DNA of 62,923 bases, filler included, from Choristocarpus tenellus KU-1152 (lineage: Eukaryota > Protista > Phaeophyceae), in the NCBI GenBank assembly GCA_964200185.2. It is 11 parts of 11 records of this genome, joined end to end, with 100 filler letters (N's around TTAATTAATTAA, not from the genome) between each part and the next. Parts side by side here need not be neighbours in the genome. Positions count along the whole stretch, not along the records: positions 1 to 8,090 come from CAXNAD020005165.1; positions 8,191 to 12,133 come from CAXNAD020017015.1; positions 12,234 to 19,139 come from CAXNAD020007092.1; 8 more parts are not named here. One strand, written 5' to 3'. Positions 1-12,864 of the stretch are shown piece after piece (position 1 is the stretch's first letter; every line of letters begins with the position of its first letter). The position numbers were made by a program, and so were the translations under genes. The notes beneath the pieces are model-generated. The model did no database searches and was not told the origin of the DNA. It saw only the letters and a program-made list of their open reading frames with translations.

Positions 1-2519
1 AACCTTCCTACAAAGCATTTCAACAAAAACAATTGAAGCTTTTTGGGTAGATACCTCGTAGCTCTGCTGCAGCCTCCTATTCTAAGAAGTGTGGAGAAGC
101 TTCTCCTTTAAAACACCGAACCACAAAAAGATGTATTATCGGTACTCACACAACAAACAGGTCAGAAGATCCTTCTGCAAACTGAACGTCCCCACAATAC
201 ACCTGAAATGCGCTGGATAGTGCTCCTCCTATCACATGTGCCTCCACGCAGCCAGTGACACCCTTACAACTCATCGGCACCCCCCTCTCAGTTGGTTTGA
301 CTGTTAGTTCAAGATGAAAGTAGGTGGGTATGGCGCACTCTTTAGTCTATAGTGGAGACCACAAGACCGACCGCGGTGTGCACACTCCTAAGGATCTACG
401 TCATCAAAGGAATTATCAGAAGTACAACGTATATATCAAGATAGTAACAGTTACACGTCCACACACCAATATGGCCTGCGATCCATATTAATAACCTGTA
501 CCACAACATAATTGCTGCGACCCTGCAGTAGTCTATCTGTAAAGCTTTAGGGTAGTCTCGATCATCTGGTCCTGTGGCGTCTCACGGTAGGCCAACTAAA
601 GCGGCATGTAACCTGATGACCTGTCCTCCTTAGATCCCTCGCCGGAATGTCAAATGCTGCGATAGTGTGCGTGAACATTGCCATTGTCATGAAAGCAGTC
701 GTAACTATCGATGCAATTTGGACTGCATTGGGAGGAAGAGGAATCGTTGCAAGAGTTGGTGACTTTCACCTACGAAACCACGCACAATCGGCAACGTCTA
801 TAGTGGGGTCTGGACAGGCGGTCAATGTCATCAGCAACGAAAATAGAGTTGGGAAAGTTCGACTTGGGCGAGGTATGCACGATGCAAACTCTTCAAAGCT
901 GATCAGGTACGCGATATAACTAATGTATGCGCGCTCATCTGTTTCAATGCAAATTCAAGGGGTAAGATAGAACGTGGATAATACACGTTAAAGTGTATCG
1001 TTAAAAGGCATCAAGTACACTTGATTTCTTCGTAGCCTTTTGTGGTTCTACAAAAAAATGTCGTCCTCAAAAAGCAAACTGATAGCTTGTTCACACAAAT
1101 GTTACGGCCCTAACCCTTTGTCCACACCATCCACTCGCAATCCTCATGTCTTCTCGCCCAGGACACTCAATTTTTCGCTGCTCTTTTTGAATGTTTCGGC
1201 GGGGTTATCATCATTGGTGCAGTTGGCACTTTTCTTGTATGGTGTGAGCAACATTGCATGCTCGATCAGTGCAAAACTACAGAGCCTTTTCCAAATATCG
1301 GGAGTTTGCGCCCTATTGATCTTCCTCATCGCAAAGCTGCACATCACCAACACTTGTGACTTCGTTGGCGCTCCTTGCTGGCAGAGAGCTGTCGTTGGCA
1401 CAAACAAGTTTTTTCTTACATCGCTTACCCGATTCTTGGTGTAGCCCTAACAATCACGGAAACATCTAAGGCTAATGCTCAGGTATGAGGAATGGCATGC
1501 GCAACATGAACAGGAAGGAACGTTCCTCGGTGGGAAAATGGGCTTCTGATTGGTAGTCCAGGGTCGTAATCATCGCTGTGGAGTGTCTGAACCCCAAACA
1601 CTACAATCATAGCTCCAGCAACAAATTGTATTCAAAGGAGGCTTTCCCGCCATGCGTCATTATTGAACTCACCAGGAAGCCGACAAGTAGGGTCCCTATT
1701 AGTTAGAGGAGGAGCAAAGTAAAACATATCATAAGGAACGAACATTAAGTATTGATTGACAGGCTTAGGGCAAGAATCTAGTCAGAAATCAACAAGTAGG
1801 TGGTGTCCTTTCGAAAAAAAATTGTGAAGACTCCTTACAGCCTGAGACAACAGATTAGGTAGTAGTGTCTGGAAGTTGGTGAACAGGGTTGGGCTTGACG
1901 GTACTCCGCACACAGAAATATTGCACTCTTGCTTGGCCGCATCAAATAGTCAAATCATTGGTGCATTATATTCATGTTTATATATATATACACTTCCTGG
2001 ACATACTCACACATCTCGAAGTGATCTGTTCTATTTCCTCACAGTTTACATGCCCATCGAATGCCTGTTAATTTCCCCGCATTTACCTTTTAAGAAATGT
2101 TCCCATGGTCATTCTCAGGAGGGGTGGTAGTGGGCAGTGGAGCATATTACAACATTTTTGGCATACGTCCATGTTGTACTTGGCAGTAGATACCGTGGCC
2201 AGATGAGGACTCTAGTTGATGCATGAACATCATGGTTTCAACTTTTCAACTCTGTGCCCTGTAAAATCGCTTGTGCATTCATATTGAATATCAAAAATTG
2301 CCTACTCTCAGGGATATTGTGACTCCCCGTTGGAAGACTATTCAGAACAAGATTTTAAGGCTGCAATGTTGGCAATCTCCTTGGGGACTGGCTTTGAGTT
2401 CTTCAGGTAAGAATTTCACAGATCTGTACTTTCACATTGTACACACTACCCAAATATAGTGAAATTGATAAAATTGAGAAGAGAAATTTTAGAAATTCGG
2501 TTGAAAACACGTCAATAAT

Positions 2520-2780
2520 TTAGATTGGTTCCATGTACCCCAGTCTGCAGCTGCAGGGGTTTGGGCTGACTGTACTTGCCTTCAGAACAGTTTTGTAGTG
2601 TGTCTGGGTACAAAGGAAAGTGTGTATCAGGACACCTAAGGAGGCTCTGAAGGGTTTCAGAATCCTGTTTTGATCTCAACATATCATAGTAGAGTTGCAT
2701 TGAAATCTGGCATCAGTCTTCTTTTCTCACGTTCTTGAACTGTGCCTCGAGTACCTTCTCCTTAGTACCGTGCATCTCTC
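2520..2780 (-). mobile_element. Possible hAT transposase fragment
   Basis: tgc aac tct ac- tat gat atg ttg = (W>C)NSTYDML with a 1-nt deletion, resembling the hAT RWNSTYDML motif. Confidence 0.3.
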
Positions 2781-2829
2781 AAATTTCCAAGCCTGATCAC
2801 CAGGCTTGCAAATGAAAATGGTCCCATCT

Positions 2830-3240
2830 GCTTGCCGGACTGGTCCGACAATTATCTGAAATATATATCCTGGTCCATGTCCACTAGGTATTGTACCATT
2901 CCCTGTCAGCCAGTCGGACCAGGTCTAACTTTTCCTAACATGTTCCGACCTTGTCCACTAAGTATTGTACTTGTGTATGTTCACTGACCGGATTGGATCA
3001 AACATTTTCTAGCATGTCTGGACCATGTCTAGTAGGTATAAAATTGGTCCTTGTCCATCGGCTGGACTAGGTCTAGCATTCTCTAACACATCCAGACCAT
3101 GCCCACTAGGAGTTCCGCTACTCCCTGTCCGCCAACAGGACTAGGTCTAAAATTCTCTAATATGTCCAGACAATGTCGGCTCACCGGTCTAACTTATTCA
3201 TTCACCTCCAGATCATGTCCAGCATGTATTGTAATACTCC
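2830..3240. repeat. Diverged tandem repeat, 74-bp period, ~5 units
   Basis: Anchor (gac)catgtcca at 2876, 2950, 3024, 3098 and 3172. Confidence 0.85.
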
Positions 3241-4079
3241 AACCACGACCAGACACAGACCCAGATTAAAAAAACTATAGACCCAGATTCAACTAACTAT
3301 TCGATGAAGTCAGCGGAACGGTATGACTGTGAAAGAAACTAATGTTGTTATGAACTGATTAAAATATAGTACCATTATACCATCATCGGTTTATATGCAT
3401 ATTGGCGGTATACCCTATGAAGTCATACTGATTCGCTAGTCCCCTTATATGTATCTGGTTGGCAGGAATCTCCACTTTGTCCAGAAAATCACAGCTAATG
3501 TTTTTGGCTATATTACTCCCTGCCAATATCACAGATCACCCCAAATATACTAAAACAATTCATTAAATTTTTTCAACCTGATATACATACGTATTCTTGA
3601 ACTCTATCATGGTCCAAATAGTAAATGCGACATAGTGACAGTATACTGCTTTTGCTATGTATTAGTAGTAACAAATAACCATACTGAAAATAGTATATAC
3701 TGTGGGGAGATAAATGCCATATTATCGTATTAGTCAGAATTTAATATTGAGAGAGACTGGGTCTGTGTGATGTGCTATGGCATTGTTGCCCTGTGTGTCA
3801 AATGTATTCTCTCTGGCCAATCATGGTTGAAATGTTCTAATATGGCCAAAAACCTAGATTGGCGTCCCTACTGGCCTACCTGCCTATAAAATATGGCAGA
3901 ATGGAGTCAATTTTTGTGAATTTTTTTTTCATTTTTGTGCCCTCAATCGCAAAGTGGCAAGTAGTGCAATCTATCCATATTTCAACCCAAGATAGATAAG
4001 GGATAATTCTTGTTGGTATTTGTCTTTGCTTCCCCAAAGTGCCACACACCAGGTAGACGACCTCCACTTAGGGATATGT

Positions 4080-4620
4080 CACTTGGTTCACACTTGGTAC
4101 CCTTGACAACTGAAGTCCTTTAGCAGTCTGGAACTGCTCGTCCCTCTCATCACTATTCATTGTTCCCAGTGTAATGAGGCTCAATACTAAGTGACCGAGA
4201 GTGGTTTGTAGGCTTGTACCAAGGAAAACAGCTCTTGGGTTTGCTTTCTGTTGTTCAAAATGGACAATATCGGGGCGTCACGCAAGGTTAATGTGGGCGC
4301 TCAGTTGTAATGACTTCCTCTTCATCAGACCTTGTGACACATGGAAGACATGGGCAGTTTGGGTTGCAGGATCCAAACGACCAAGGTGGGAGTATGACCT
4401 ACACTCCACTTGTATTTGCTGTGTTTGAACCTGTGCCTCAAACTAGCTTGTGACAAAGCTACTCTAACCTTCTTTGCTGGATATCCCCGGCAACATGTTT
4501 TTGTTTATTTGGTCCTAGCGCCTCAAGTTGAAAGTCATTTCTTCGTGGTTTACCATCAGAATTTTACCCATAAAGAGAGCTACACGCACTCAGGGAAGCA
4601 TGCTGCAACAATATTGCGGG
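4080..4620 (-). mobile_element. Degenerate Ty1/Copia integrase C-terminus / SH3-like fragment
   Basis: Minus-strand KKVRVALSQASL...KW followed by KANPRAVFLGTS...GHLVLSL...RDEQF, resembling the Copia post-integrase KLDPRA..FLGY...GY.V.....SRDV.F. Confidence 0.45.
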
Positions 4621-4816
4621 GAGGTAATCCTGCCAAGTATTCCTATACATCCCTTGCAACTACTGCAATGGGATACACCAACTCGCTATGGCAAGGATGG
4701 GGCACTGTGGTGCACAAATGCTGTGGGTAGGTAACAGATGGAGGGAGACTCTACCAGTTAGTAGTAGTCGCTGTGCAGGAGCAACCCCAGGAGGAAAGGA
4801 AGAGTAGGGGGCATTG

Positions 4817-5060
4817 GAGTGAAAGTATCTTAGAGGGCATGAGTTTTTCCCTGTTTGTCATTTTGGGGCTTGTCTTCCCACCAGTTTATTTATGACATTT
4901 TACCTACTCCAAAACATTTTGGATGTTATGAAAAGGTCTGTCCGGAACAAGGATATGGACACTTCCTAACAAACACGATAGCCAAAATTATGTCAAAATC
5001 GCAACATTGGATTTTGGAACCCAAATGGACGCGGCTCTACCCTCTAAGATACTTTGGCTC
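4817..5060 (+). mobile_element. MITE family A, full copy
   Basis: TIRs gagtgaaagtatcttagaggg / ccctctaagatactttggctc; at least 7 related copies in the window. Confidence 0.9.
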
Positions 5061-6567
5061 AGTTCTGAGGGGAAATGAGGCGAACTGAAACATCCGCCAC
5101 AATACAGCCACCATTCTTGAGCAGTATCAGGAGGAAAGGCACAGGGGGGGCTGTGTGTCCATTCAGAAGTCAGGGTGTTCATGCAACACCATGAGGTATG
5201 GCACAGGATGAGGCTGTTCTTGGGCAGCATAGATGAGCTGTTCCTGGGTAGAATGGGTGGGCTGTGCCAGGGGGGGTGTCTGTGCACGCCTGTTGTGCAA
5301 AGTTTGTTGATGGAGCTAAGCATATATGTATTGCTACATGGTATGTGCGTAACTTTGACAATCAACGTGACCAACAGAGAGCTCTAAGTTAATATTGAAG
5401 GCCTCACAAACCGGGGCCCCACAAGATAACATAAATGCAAGTCAAATTTCTGGCCCAAACACACACTCATCGACCTTTCAAAAAGGTTGGACTATAGTTA
5501 AAAGCTAGGGTAAGGGGAAGAAGAGAAAGGGGGGATTCCAGCAATGGTTATAAATATCCGCCACTTTAGGTGAAGCAACAGCTGCTGGGATCTCGTCACC
5601 TTTTCACATTGCTTCCATTGTTGAGATTGGAGAGGATTCGTAAGTGTTGGTAGTTATCTAATCAAACACTTTTGGTGTACTAAATTAGAACTGAATCGTG
5701 CATACAGCACAAAGAAGGGAGGTAATTGAGGTGCCTAGCACTGCAGGGCCTCACAAGCACAGACATCATGCGCCACACGTGTGCTTGAGTTAAACAAAAA
5801 GAAAAAAAACAATTGAACACAATCCCTCGGTTTTTGATGCCTGTTATCTTCTACATGATTGAGGCATAGTGTTAAATTTGATTGCTACTATTCACAACGT
5901 CAATAACAAAACAGGGAGGTAGCAATAGCATAAAATCGATGGTAGGACGGTTTTGAGGACTAATTGAACAATCCTGCTAACTTCTTTCGGATGTGAAGTG
6001 TAACTACCACTTTAGATTGGTAAGGAAATCGTTTTGGGAGGAATATAGTGCAGGTCGATTTAGACATGCAGGTATAGGGACCCCCACGCAAAATTCATCT
6101 GGCTGCTGCTGGCTGCTGGGAGGTGGTATGGTTGTTTTTACACAGATGGGCAACTTTAGGGAGTTCTTACTCATGGGTTTAAATGAGATCAACCTCATCG
6201 CCATCACTTGATTTTACATAGTAGCATTTTTTTCGGTAAAATGGGCGAGGGTGAGTATAAAATGAGAGTCACAGGTATTAACTGCTCTGGATGTAGATAT
6301 GTACCTAACTATCTTATCCAAATCGTTACGTACAATGTAGCTCCAGTAGAGTTGTTTGCTCACTATTGTAAGGTCTGCTTTGTGCTATTTTTTTCTTGTA
6401 TGTCGGAACGAACCATGTCATTAACCTGTTCTCGACATTACCTTCCAGAGTCCTCGACTTTTTATATATTCAAAGTAGTTTTAAACTACATATTTGACAT
6501 TTCAGGTAGTTGGTCATAAAATGAAGTCAGTCACACCCTTCCCACTCAATCATAAGCATTTTATTGT

Positions 6568-6970
6568 TATGCTCTCTGACATTTTGGAGGCGTGTATCAT
6601 AAGCGCCATTTGCTCCGAAATATTCTGACAATTGGAGTTCCTCCGACATCAAATCGCTAATTTCAACACCCAAATCACTATTCATGAAGTACTTCATGAT
6701 GCAAGGTCACATTTAACTATTATAAGGTTTTGATCTTACGAGACAAAATCTGAGATTAAGTGTGTGCCGATTTCTCCAGGTTTATTACGAACCGAATCAT
6801 AACATAGGCTGCACAAAGATCCTATTATGGAAGAATCTGTATCAGTCTTAAAAGGGAGCAGTATGGCAATTTCCAGATTGATGTCCTAGCATTGACCTAT
6901 ATTTACAGTAGTCCTTCTCACATGGTTTTGACTTTTCCTGACACATCTGCAATATTTCAGAGGGCTTATG
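6568..6970. mobile_element. Family E TIR element (TIR tatgccctctgacattttgcagatgtgtcag, itself hairpin-like)
   Basis: Degenerate inverted ends at 6568-6598 and 6937-6970; further ends at ~8371-8460, 21325-21365, 21826-21870, 32221-32290 and 33661-33725. Confidence 0.55.
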
Positions 6971-7299
6971 AATACATATATATATATAATAGTCAGCAAC
7001 CCTCGGGTTGTGTGCTTCCATCTTTTATGCCGAAAAGGAGCATGCACTTTTCCAAATTTATCCCTGTACACCTTAACCCTAACCCACCGTCATTCAGCAT
7101 GAACGACATGGATGGATGTGGAGGGCAGAAGAGTGGGATGAAACCCCACCAATGAACAGTCCTCTACTACTGTTCTACCAGCACACAAAAAACACGGTCA
7201 GCATACATTTCTTGTGGACCACCGTCACATGATAATCCGCATGATTCAGGTTTCAGGAGCCCTAAGAAGGTTGGTGTTGTCATCAGTCGGCAGGCCATC

Positions 7300-8037
7300 T
7301 ACCCCTAGAGTGTCAGGGGCAAGGCATGAAACGAGTGTTTAAGAGAAAGCAAGAAATAATAGAGAATTCTCAAGAGAGCGAAGGAGGTAGGGTCTTGCAC
7401 CTCGGGCACCATCTGACTTAGGCGTCACAAATTGTTAAGACCTAAACTAGCAGGGCCATGTGGAATGTACAAACTATGGCAACAAATGGCAAGAACAGCG
7501 TCGGGCATTTAGCTTTGCCGAGGAAATGAGTTTGGGCTTATTGCAATGTGACTGCACTCCAAGAGGCACAGTGAGGTGAAAAATCTGACCTTGAACTCTC
7601 CAAAACGGACTATACCATATTTCAGAGGAAGTGAAGACAACAGAGGTATTTCTGGGGTGGGATAGGCAGTGAAGGAGCCAATCCAATAAGAGGCCACCCC
7701 CGAAGAAGAGTAATGTGGTGAATGGATGGTGAAGTAGACTTGACCTAAGGAACACGTTCTTCAGTATAACAAGGAAAAGGGTCCCACATTTTCTAGGGCG
7801 ACTGGAAGGAGAAAGTGTACCTCCGTCTTGATTACGTTTCCTCACGCCAGCCCAACCACCGTCTCTCCGCACAACCTGAGAGTGTCATCAGTCTTGTCAA
7901 AAGAGATTGCATCATCACCGTATTGTATTGATGTTGATCCACTCTGTTAGCCAATTTTCTCGGAGGTGTATCACATCATCTAGTGAAAAAAAGAAAGTGA
8001 TTTTCTTGACCAACAAGAAGTTCTGATATCACCTTAT
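7300..8037 (-). mobile_element. Degenerate Ty3/Gypsy RT/RNaseH fragment
   Basis: Minus-strand KVISELLVGQENHFLF.LDDVI (YxDD-like), ASYWIGS (DAS..IG-like), SH....LISSAKLNARR (DH..L....LN.R-like); cut by a MITE at 8038. Confidence 0.55.
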
Positions 8038-8090
8038 GACCCAAAGTATCTGGGAGGGGGGGGGTGTCTACACCAGGGTGTCCATTTGGG
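8038..8090 (-). mobile_element. MITE family B end (gap-truncated)
   Basis: gacccaaagtatctggg...gtctacaccagggtgtccatttggg; similar ends at 19110-19139, 24276-24321, 26048-26077, 41685-41747 and 58344-58367. Confidence 0.85.
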
Positions 8091-8190
8091 NNNNNNNNNN
8101 NNNNNNNNNNNNNNNNNNNNNNNNNNNNNNNNNNTTAATTAATTAANNNNNNNNNNNNNNNNNNNNNNNNNNNNNNNNNNNNNNNNNNNN
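8091..8190. other. Artificial assembly spacer (44 N + TTAATTAATTAA + 44 N)
   Basis: Identical 100-nt spacer with six-frame stop linker; 10 copies in the window. Confidence 0.97.
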
Positions 8191-8257
8191 CAGTCAATTT
8201 TGGGTCAAGCCCATCCTCAATGAAAAGCTCCATCCTCAATTTTTGAAATCGGCTGTT
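8191..8257. mobile_element. MITE family D arm, gap-truncated
   Basis: cagtcaattttgggtcaagcccatcctcaatgaaaagctccatcctcaatttttgaaatcggctgtt. Confidence 0.85.
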
Positions 8258-8731
8258 CACTGTAATCATGGATTCTTGACAAGGAACATCAATCGGTGTA
8301 AGGTTATATGGCATACAGCAATAACGGTATAATATCAGAAACCCGCTTTTTACGTATGTATTTTTATATTTTTATGCCCTCTGACATTCTACAAATGTAT
8401 CAGGGGGGAAACCAATTAAATGAAATATATATTATTTATTATTATGCCCTCTGAAATATATATTGTTTAAAATTATTTGGGTGTTACTACTTTTTGCGTA
8501 CATCAATCAAGACATTTCCTTAGGAAACGAATGGTATTCAAATCCTTTTTGGAAACAACTGGTGCGATATTTCCTGTTTGACACACACTCGACATGAAAC
8601 AGGATGTTTTTGGTTTTAAAAGATCGTGGAGATTTTGTTTTGCGCACGAATTCTGTATTATTATTAACTTATTCCTTGTTTGCCATTCCCATACTTTTCC
8701 ATTCCTTTGCTTCCCCATGTATTCCCTCTTC

Positions 8732-8950
8732 TGACCAGCCCATTGCAACCCCTTTGCTACTGGTTTCCTATTTACCCCCCATGAGATGACCAACCATTGC
8801 GATCCATTCGCCCCTGATTTCCAGTCACCCCCACCTCTGATGACCAACCAGTGCGACCCCTTCGTCACTGATTTCCAGTCACACACACACCCCATCTGAT
8901 GACCAACCAGTGCGACCCCTTCGCCCCTGATTTCCAGTCACCCCCCTCAT
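8732..8950. repeat. Minisatellite, ~54-59-bp unit x4
   Basis: tgaccaaccagtgcgaccccttcgcccctgatttccagtcac-type units at 8732, 8787, 8841 and 8900. Confidence 0.9.
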
Positions 8951-10619
8951 CCTTCAACCCCACAGCAGTTCCCACTCCACTCACCCCACACCACTCAACA
9001 CCACTCCACAATCATCCAAGAAAACCCCTTCATGATCGACTTCATACCGTGCCTTTGAGCTAGAAGACATCTACCCCGCCCACACTTGACCTCCCCTCCC
9101 CTTTCCCAGTTTTCCCATCGGTCGTGAGCAAGCAACAGGGTGGGTGGGTGGGAGAGCCTGCTTGGAGGTTGTCTTGTTCTCGACCTCCTCATCCTGTACC
9201 TCTGGTTTTCAGTCCTCTTATTAGATACAGATCTTTTCTTCCCCATCCCTCTTCCTACCACTCATTTCTTTTAACCTTTCTACCCCCTCTCTTAGCCAGT
9301 CGTTCCTTAACTATTCGTTCCCTTCTTGCATACTTCTTTTTCTTTCCTCTATCCTCCCTTGTCCTGTGCCCCCAGCCAACCAGAATTCTTCCACCCACAA
9401 AACTCAAGTTACTTCATAAACTCTTTCTTTTGTTCCTAGTATGCTGATTTATTTCAGAAACAGGCAACCTGTAGTTATTTTGTTTAAAATCATTCTGTGT
9501 GATGTAGATGTTTCTTATCTACATTGTGAAAACTACACTCCCACTTGTAACATGAAAACTCTCTATCAGGTGCAAGTACTCTCGTTCTCTTATGAAGTAT
9601 GCCCCAGCATGTACTTTCGGACCAGCAGAGAAGGGAAAAGAGATGAGACACGACAGTTGGTGCAGTACATGCACGAGCAAGCAGATTCCAATAGAAGTTG
9701 CCACAGATACAGCCAAGGGTCCTGCATCTAAGTTCAAGGCCAAATGAAGGAGGTTGTGAAAGCTTCTGCGTCACAAAGGGAAACTGTGAAATAACTCTTT
9801 TGAGCAGGGGTGGAGGAAAAAGAAGGGGGATGGTGACAGTGCTGTTACCACAAAAGAGTACAGTCCTCCTAATGGAATGACTCCAGGAATTCAAGATCTA
9901 ATGATAGTTACAAGGTAAAAAGTGCAGGGTAACACCCAGTAGTGAAAAATATTAATCAACATCGATAATCCAATAATATTATGATTTCGACGATGCATTT
10001 CCAATATCTCCTTAAACCCGTGTCACACGCCCTGTGAACACTCACCATCCCTTTATTCCCCTTTTTCTCCGCACCCTCCAACATGAAACATAAATGAGAA
10101 GAACTGTGTCTTCCATAAAGGTGTGTTTCCTGCAAGTTCCTCTGTCCAGACACACACTTCGTGGTCCTCTTCACGGTGTTGTCTCAGGGGGTCCTGGGTC
10201 GCTTATCAGTAACAGTTGAGCATTTATACGAGCCACTCCACAAGGTGGGAACGCTTCCTCCGGTTCTCTCGCCAACAGAATGGCTGATTAGCGTTAGGCA
10301 CATCTCATATATGATGTATTACTATCAACTGTAGCATTGTTTCTTGTGCTCAAAAGCTATTTATTTCCTTGCCTATGTACAAATATATACGTAATATATC
10401 TGCTGGTCTGCGGTCAAGACCGATGCTGCCTTCTTCTCAAGTTGCGATGGGGTATGTTGGTCTTTAATAGGGACATAACCTGCTTATATCACACACAAAA
10501 AAAATTGGTACGTATCTAATGCTATTGCTATTTTTTTTGTTCTTGACAACCATATTATTGTCATTCACCTCTCATTCTGCTACTACAACTTGTGTTCCAC
10601 TACTTGTCAAACCTTCTCA

Positions 10620-11785
10620 AGTCTCGAGAAGAAATTAACATGGTTGTAGAGAAGACACCCCTCTGCGTCCAATACAGTGCTAAATCCATGTACACAACAG
10701 TGCCTTCTCATACTCACCCACCACAGAGTTGACCCCCCAAACGATAGATGAAGTGGTACTCTAGACTGGACAGACTTTACTGTAATATGGACATTATACC
10801 AGAAGCATCTGATGGGTTGGCGAAAGAGAAAAAGGTAGCGTATCAGATGGTGATGGACTTGGATAGGGAAATGGGCATGCGGGGGACACCAATCAGAAGG
10901 CTGCAAGTTTTCTCATCAACAGGTGAGATGGGTTTTGCATTTTTTCTTTCCTCTTTTTTCATAACTTTCATTTTTTACCCTTCCTCCCATGGGCCATACG
11001 TTCTTATTGTGTCCACTTATTATTTTCAAACGTGTCTACTACCCTTGCTCTGTAATGTAAGTTCCATGGGCTTACTCTTCACCTTTAAACACCAACTGCT
11101 CGGTGCTCTCTTCTCAACAGGTACACCTTGATAACGGACATAGTTATGTTGACTAAGGATGCAAGTACCTTGACTGCGGAGTCGGCACTTCTGCATGACA
11201 GGAGGACGGAGGTGTTTACCACTAAAGCAGTGCATAAGGTATACGTGGAGAACCATCTAGGTGAGTGCTTTGCCCAAGCTTGGACGAATTCTATCTTTCA
11301 GGTCAGTATACACTTTAATGCACACTAATACCCACTTGCAGTGTAAGATGTCTACATACCACCTACAATTAGAGACTAATTCTTCGTGTGTGACAAGTGC
11401 CTTCCTCTATGATGAACTGGATATCCAAGATTAATAGTTTGTACAACTCAACATCTTGTCGTATTCATATATATATACATTTGTATGTTGCCATGTGAGG
11501 AGAAGAAGTAGTACTCTAGTCAAACTAGATTCTCTCACAACGATCTTTTTCACACCCTTGTGGTGAACTACTGTCAAAGAGTGCTCCCTCAAATGTTCCC
11601 GTTAATGATATATATAGTCCAGTTGTACAGGATCCTTTGGGAAGCCGAATAAGGGCTGGAGTGCTGAACAGATCTGTGCTTAATCCAGAGCACAACATGT
11701 TCCCCTCTGTTAGACTCTTTGAATCAGGAGGATGTGGATCTTGACTTGATAACCTTGACTGGCAGCTACGACTTAGACATCGCAG
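10620..11785 (+). pseudogene. Decayed spliced gene of unknown identity
   Basis: Canonical splice sites (acag|gtgag 10922/3, caacag| 11120, ctag|gtgagt 11260, cgca|gtgagt ~11785) flank coding-like blocks with frameshifts and stops. Confidence 0.4.
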
Positions 11786-11891
11786 TGAGTATCAGAAAAT
11801 ATGGCTTGCCAAGATGCACATGTTCCACACATCATCTTCCACCCCAAATGTAACCCACTACAGTTGCAGGGATTATTCTGCATATCTGTGA

Positions 11892-12041
11892 GGCTCAAAG
11901 TATCTGGGGGGGGGATGCCGGCTGTCCATTTGGGGCCCATTTTTCCATGCCGCGATTTTTGGGTGATTTGGTTGCATGCATTGGATGGATAATGTAAGTG
12001 CACTTCTCCTGATCAGGGCCCAAATGGACACCCTGGTGTAG

Positions 12042-12080
<39 letters not shown>
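11892..12080 (+). mobile_element. MITE family B (poly-G TIR), nearly complete
   Basis: ggctcaaagtatct(g)n...gtccatttgggg...cccaaatggacaccctggtgtagac(c)n. Confidence 0.85.
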
Positions 12081-12083
<3 letters not shown>

Positions 12084-12133
12084 ACCACAGACAGCAGAAA
12101 ACCCCCGCCACACACAAAATAGCTAGAGAGTGG

Positions 12134-12233
12134 NNNNNNNNNNNNNNNNNNNNNNNNNNNNNNNNNNNNNNNNNNNNTTAATTAATTAANNNNNNNNNNN
12201 NNNNNNNNNNNNNNNNNNNNNNNNNNNNNNNNN
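12134..12233. other. Artificial assembly spacer
   Basis: Same N44-TTAATTAATTAA-N44 pattern. Confidence 0.97.
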
Positions 12234-12795
12234 GAATACAACTTATTGAAATAGTAGTAGATGAGATTTTAATTGCCCCCCTCCCTACCCCCTACCCCCA
12301 CCCCTCCTTACCCCAACCTCCTAACCCTAACACTAACCGATATTGGTGCTGCAACCGCTGGCTCTATCCCGCGGGGCCAATCAGGTGACTCGAAAGTCTA
12401 CGGCTACTCTAGTGGTGGAAATCGCCAAGGGTATTGTACAATGGGGAGGTTGGGGGTGGGACGAGAGGAGAAAGGGCGTAGAACGATCTTCGTCGTTCGC
12501 GAGCCGCCTGAGCAAGGTGACCGAAACCTCCTTTTTTTTTCTCTCTTTTGCAGGAGCTAGGACGCAATTGAACAAAAACGAATGAACTGCTCGTTTTGAA
12601 AAATCGATATTATCCTCCATATATATTTACATACTTTACATACATATATATGTATGTGCCCGAGAGGATTACAAAAAAAAAATTAAAAACTTTTTCTTTT
12701 AAAAAATTAAAAACTTTTTCTTTTAAAAAATTAAAAAATTAAAAATTAAAAACTTTTTGTTTTTCAACATCCATCTGAGTACCACATAAAGATTG

Positions 12796-12864
12796 AAAAT
12801 CGCGACATTGGAGTTTGGACTCCCCAAAATGGACGCTGCTCCACCCTCTAAGATACTTTGGCTC
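12796..12864 (+). mobile_element. Family A-type right end
   Basis: aaaatcgcgacattgg...aaatggacgctgctccaccctctaagatactttggctc. Confidence 0.8.

Noticed and set aside
2830-3240. CRISPR-like array (regular period, palindromic motifs)
   Set aside because: Whole units are homologous, with no identical repeats separated by unique spacers; no cas genes; eukaryotic context.
8135-8146. TTAATTAATTAA as a recurring biological motif
   Set aside because: Always centred in an identical N spacer; it is a six-frame stop linker.
8503-8895. 130-aa ORF with 18-aa repeats
   Set aside because: Arises from a minisatellite whose unit lengths (55, 54, 59) do not keep frame.
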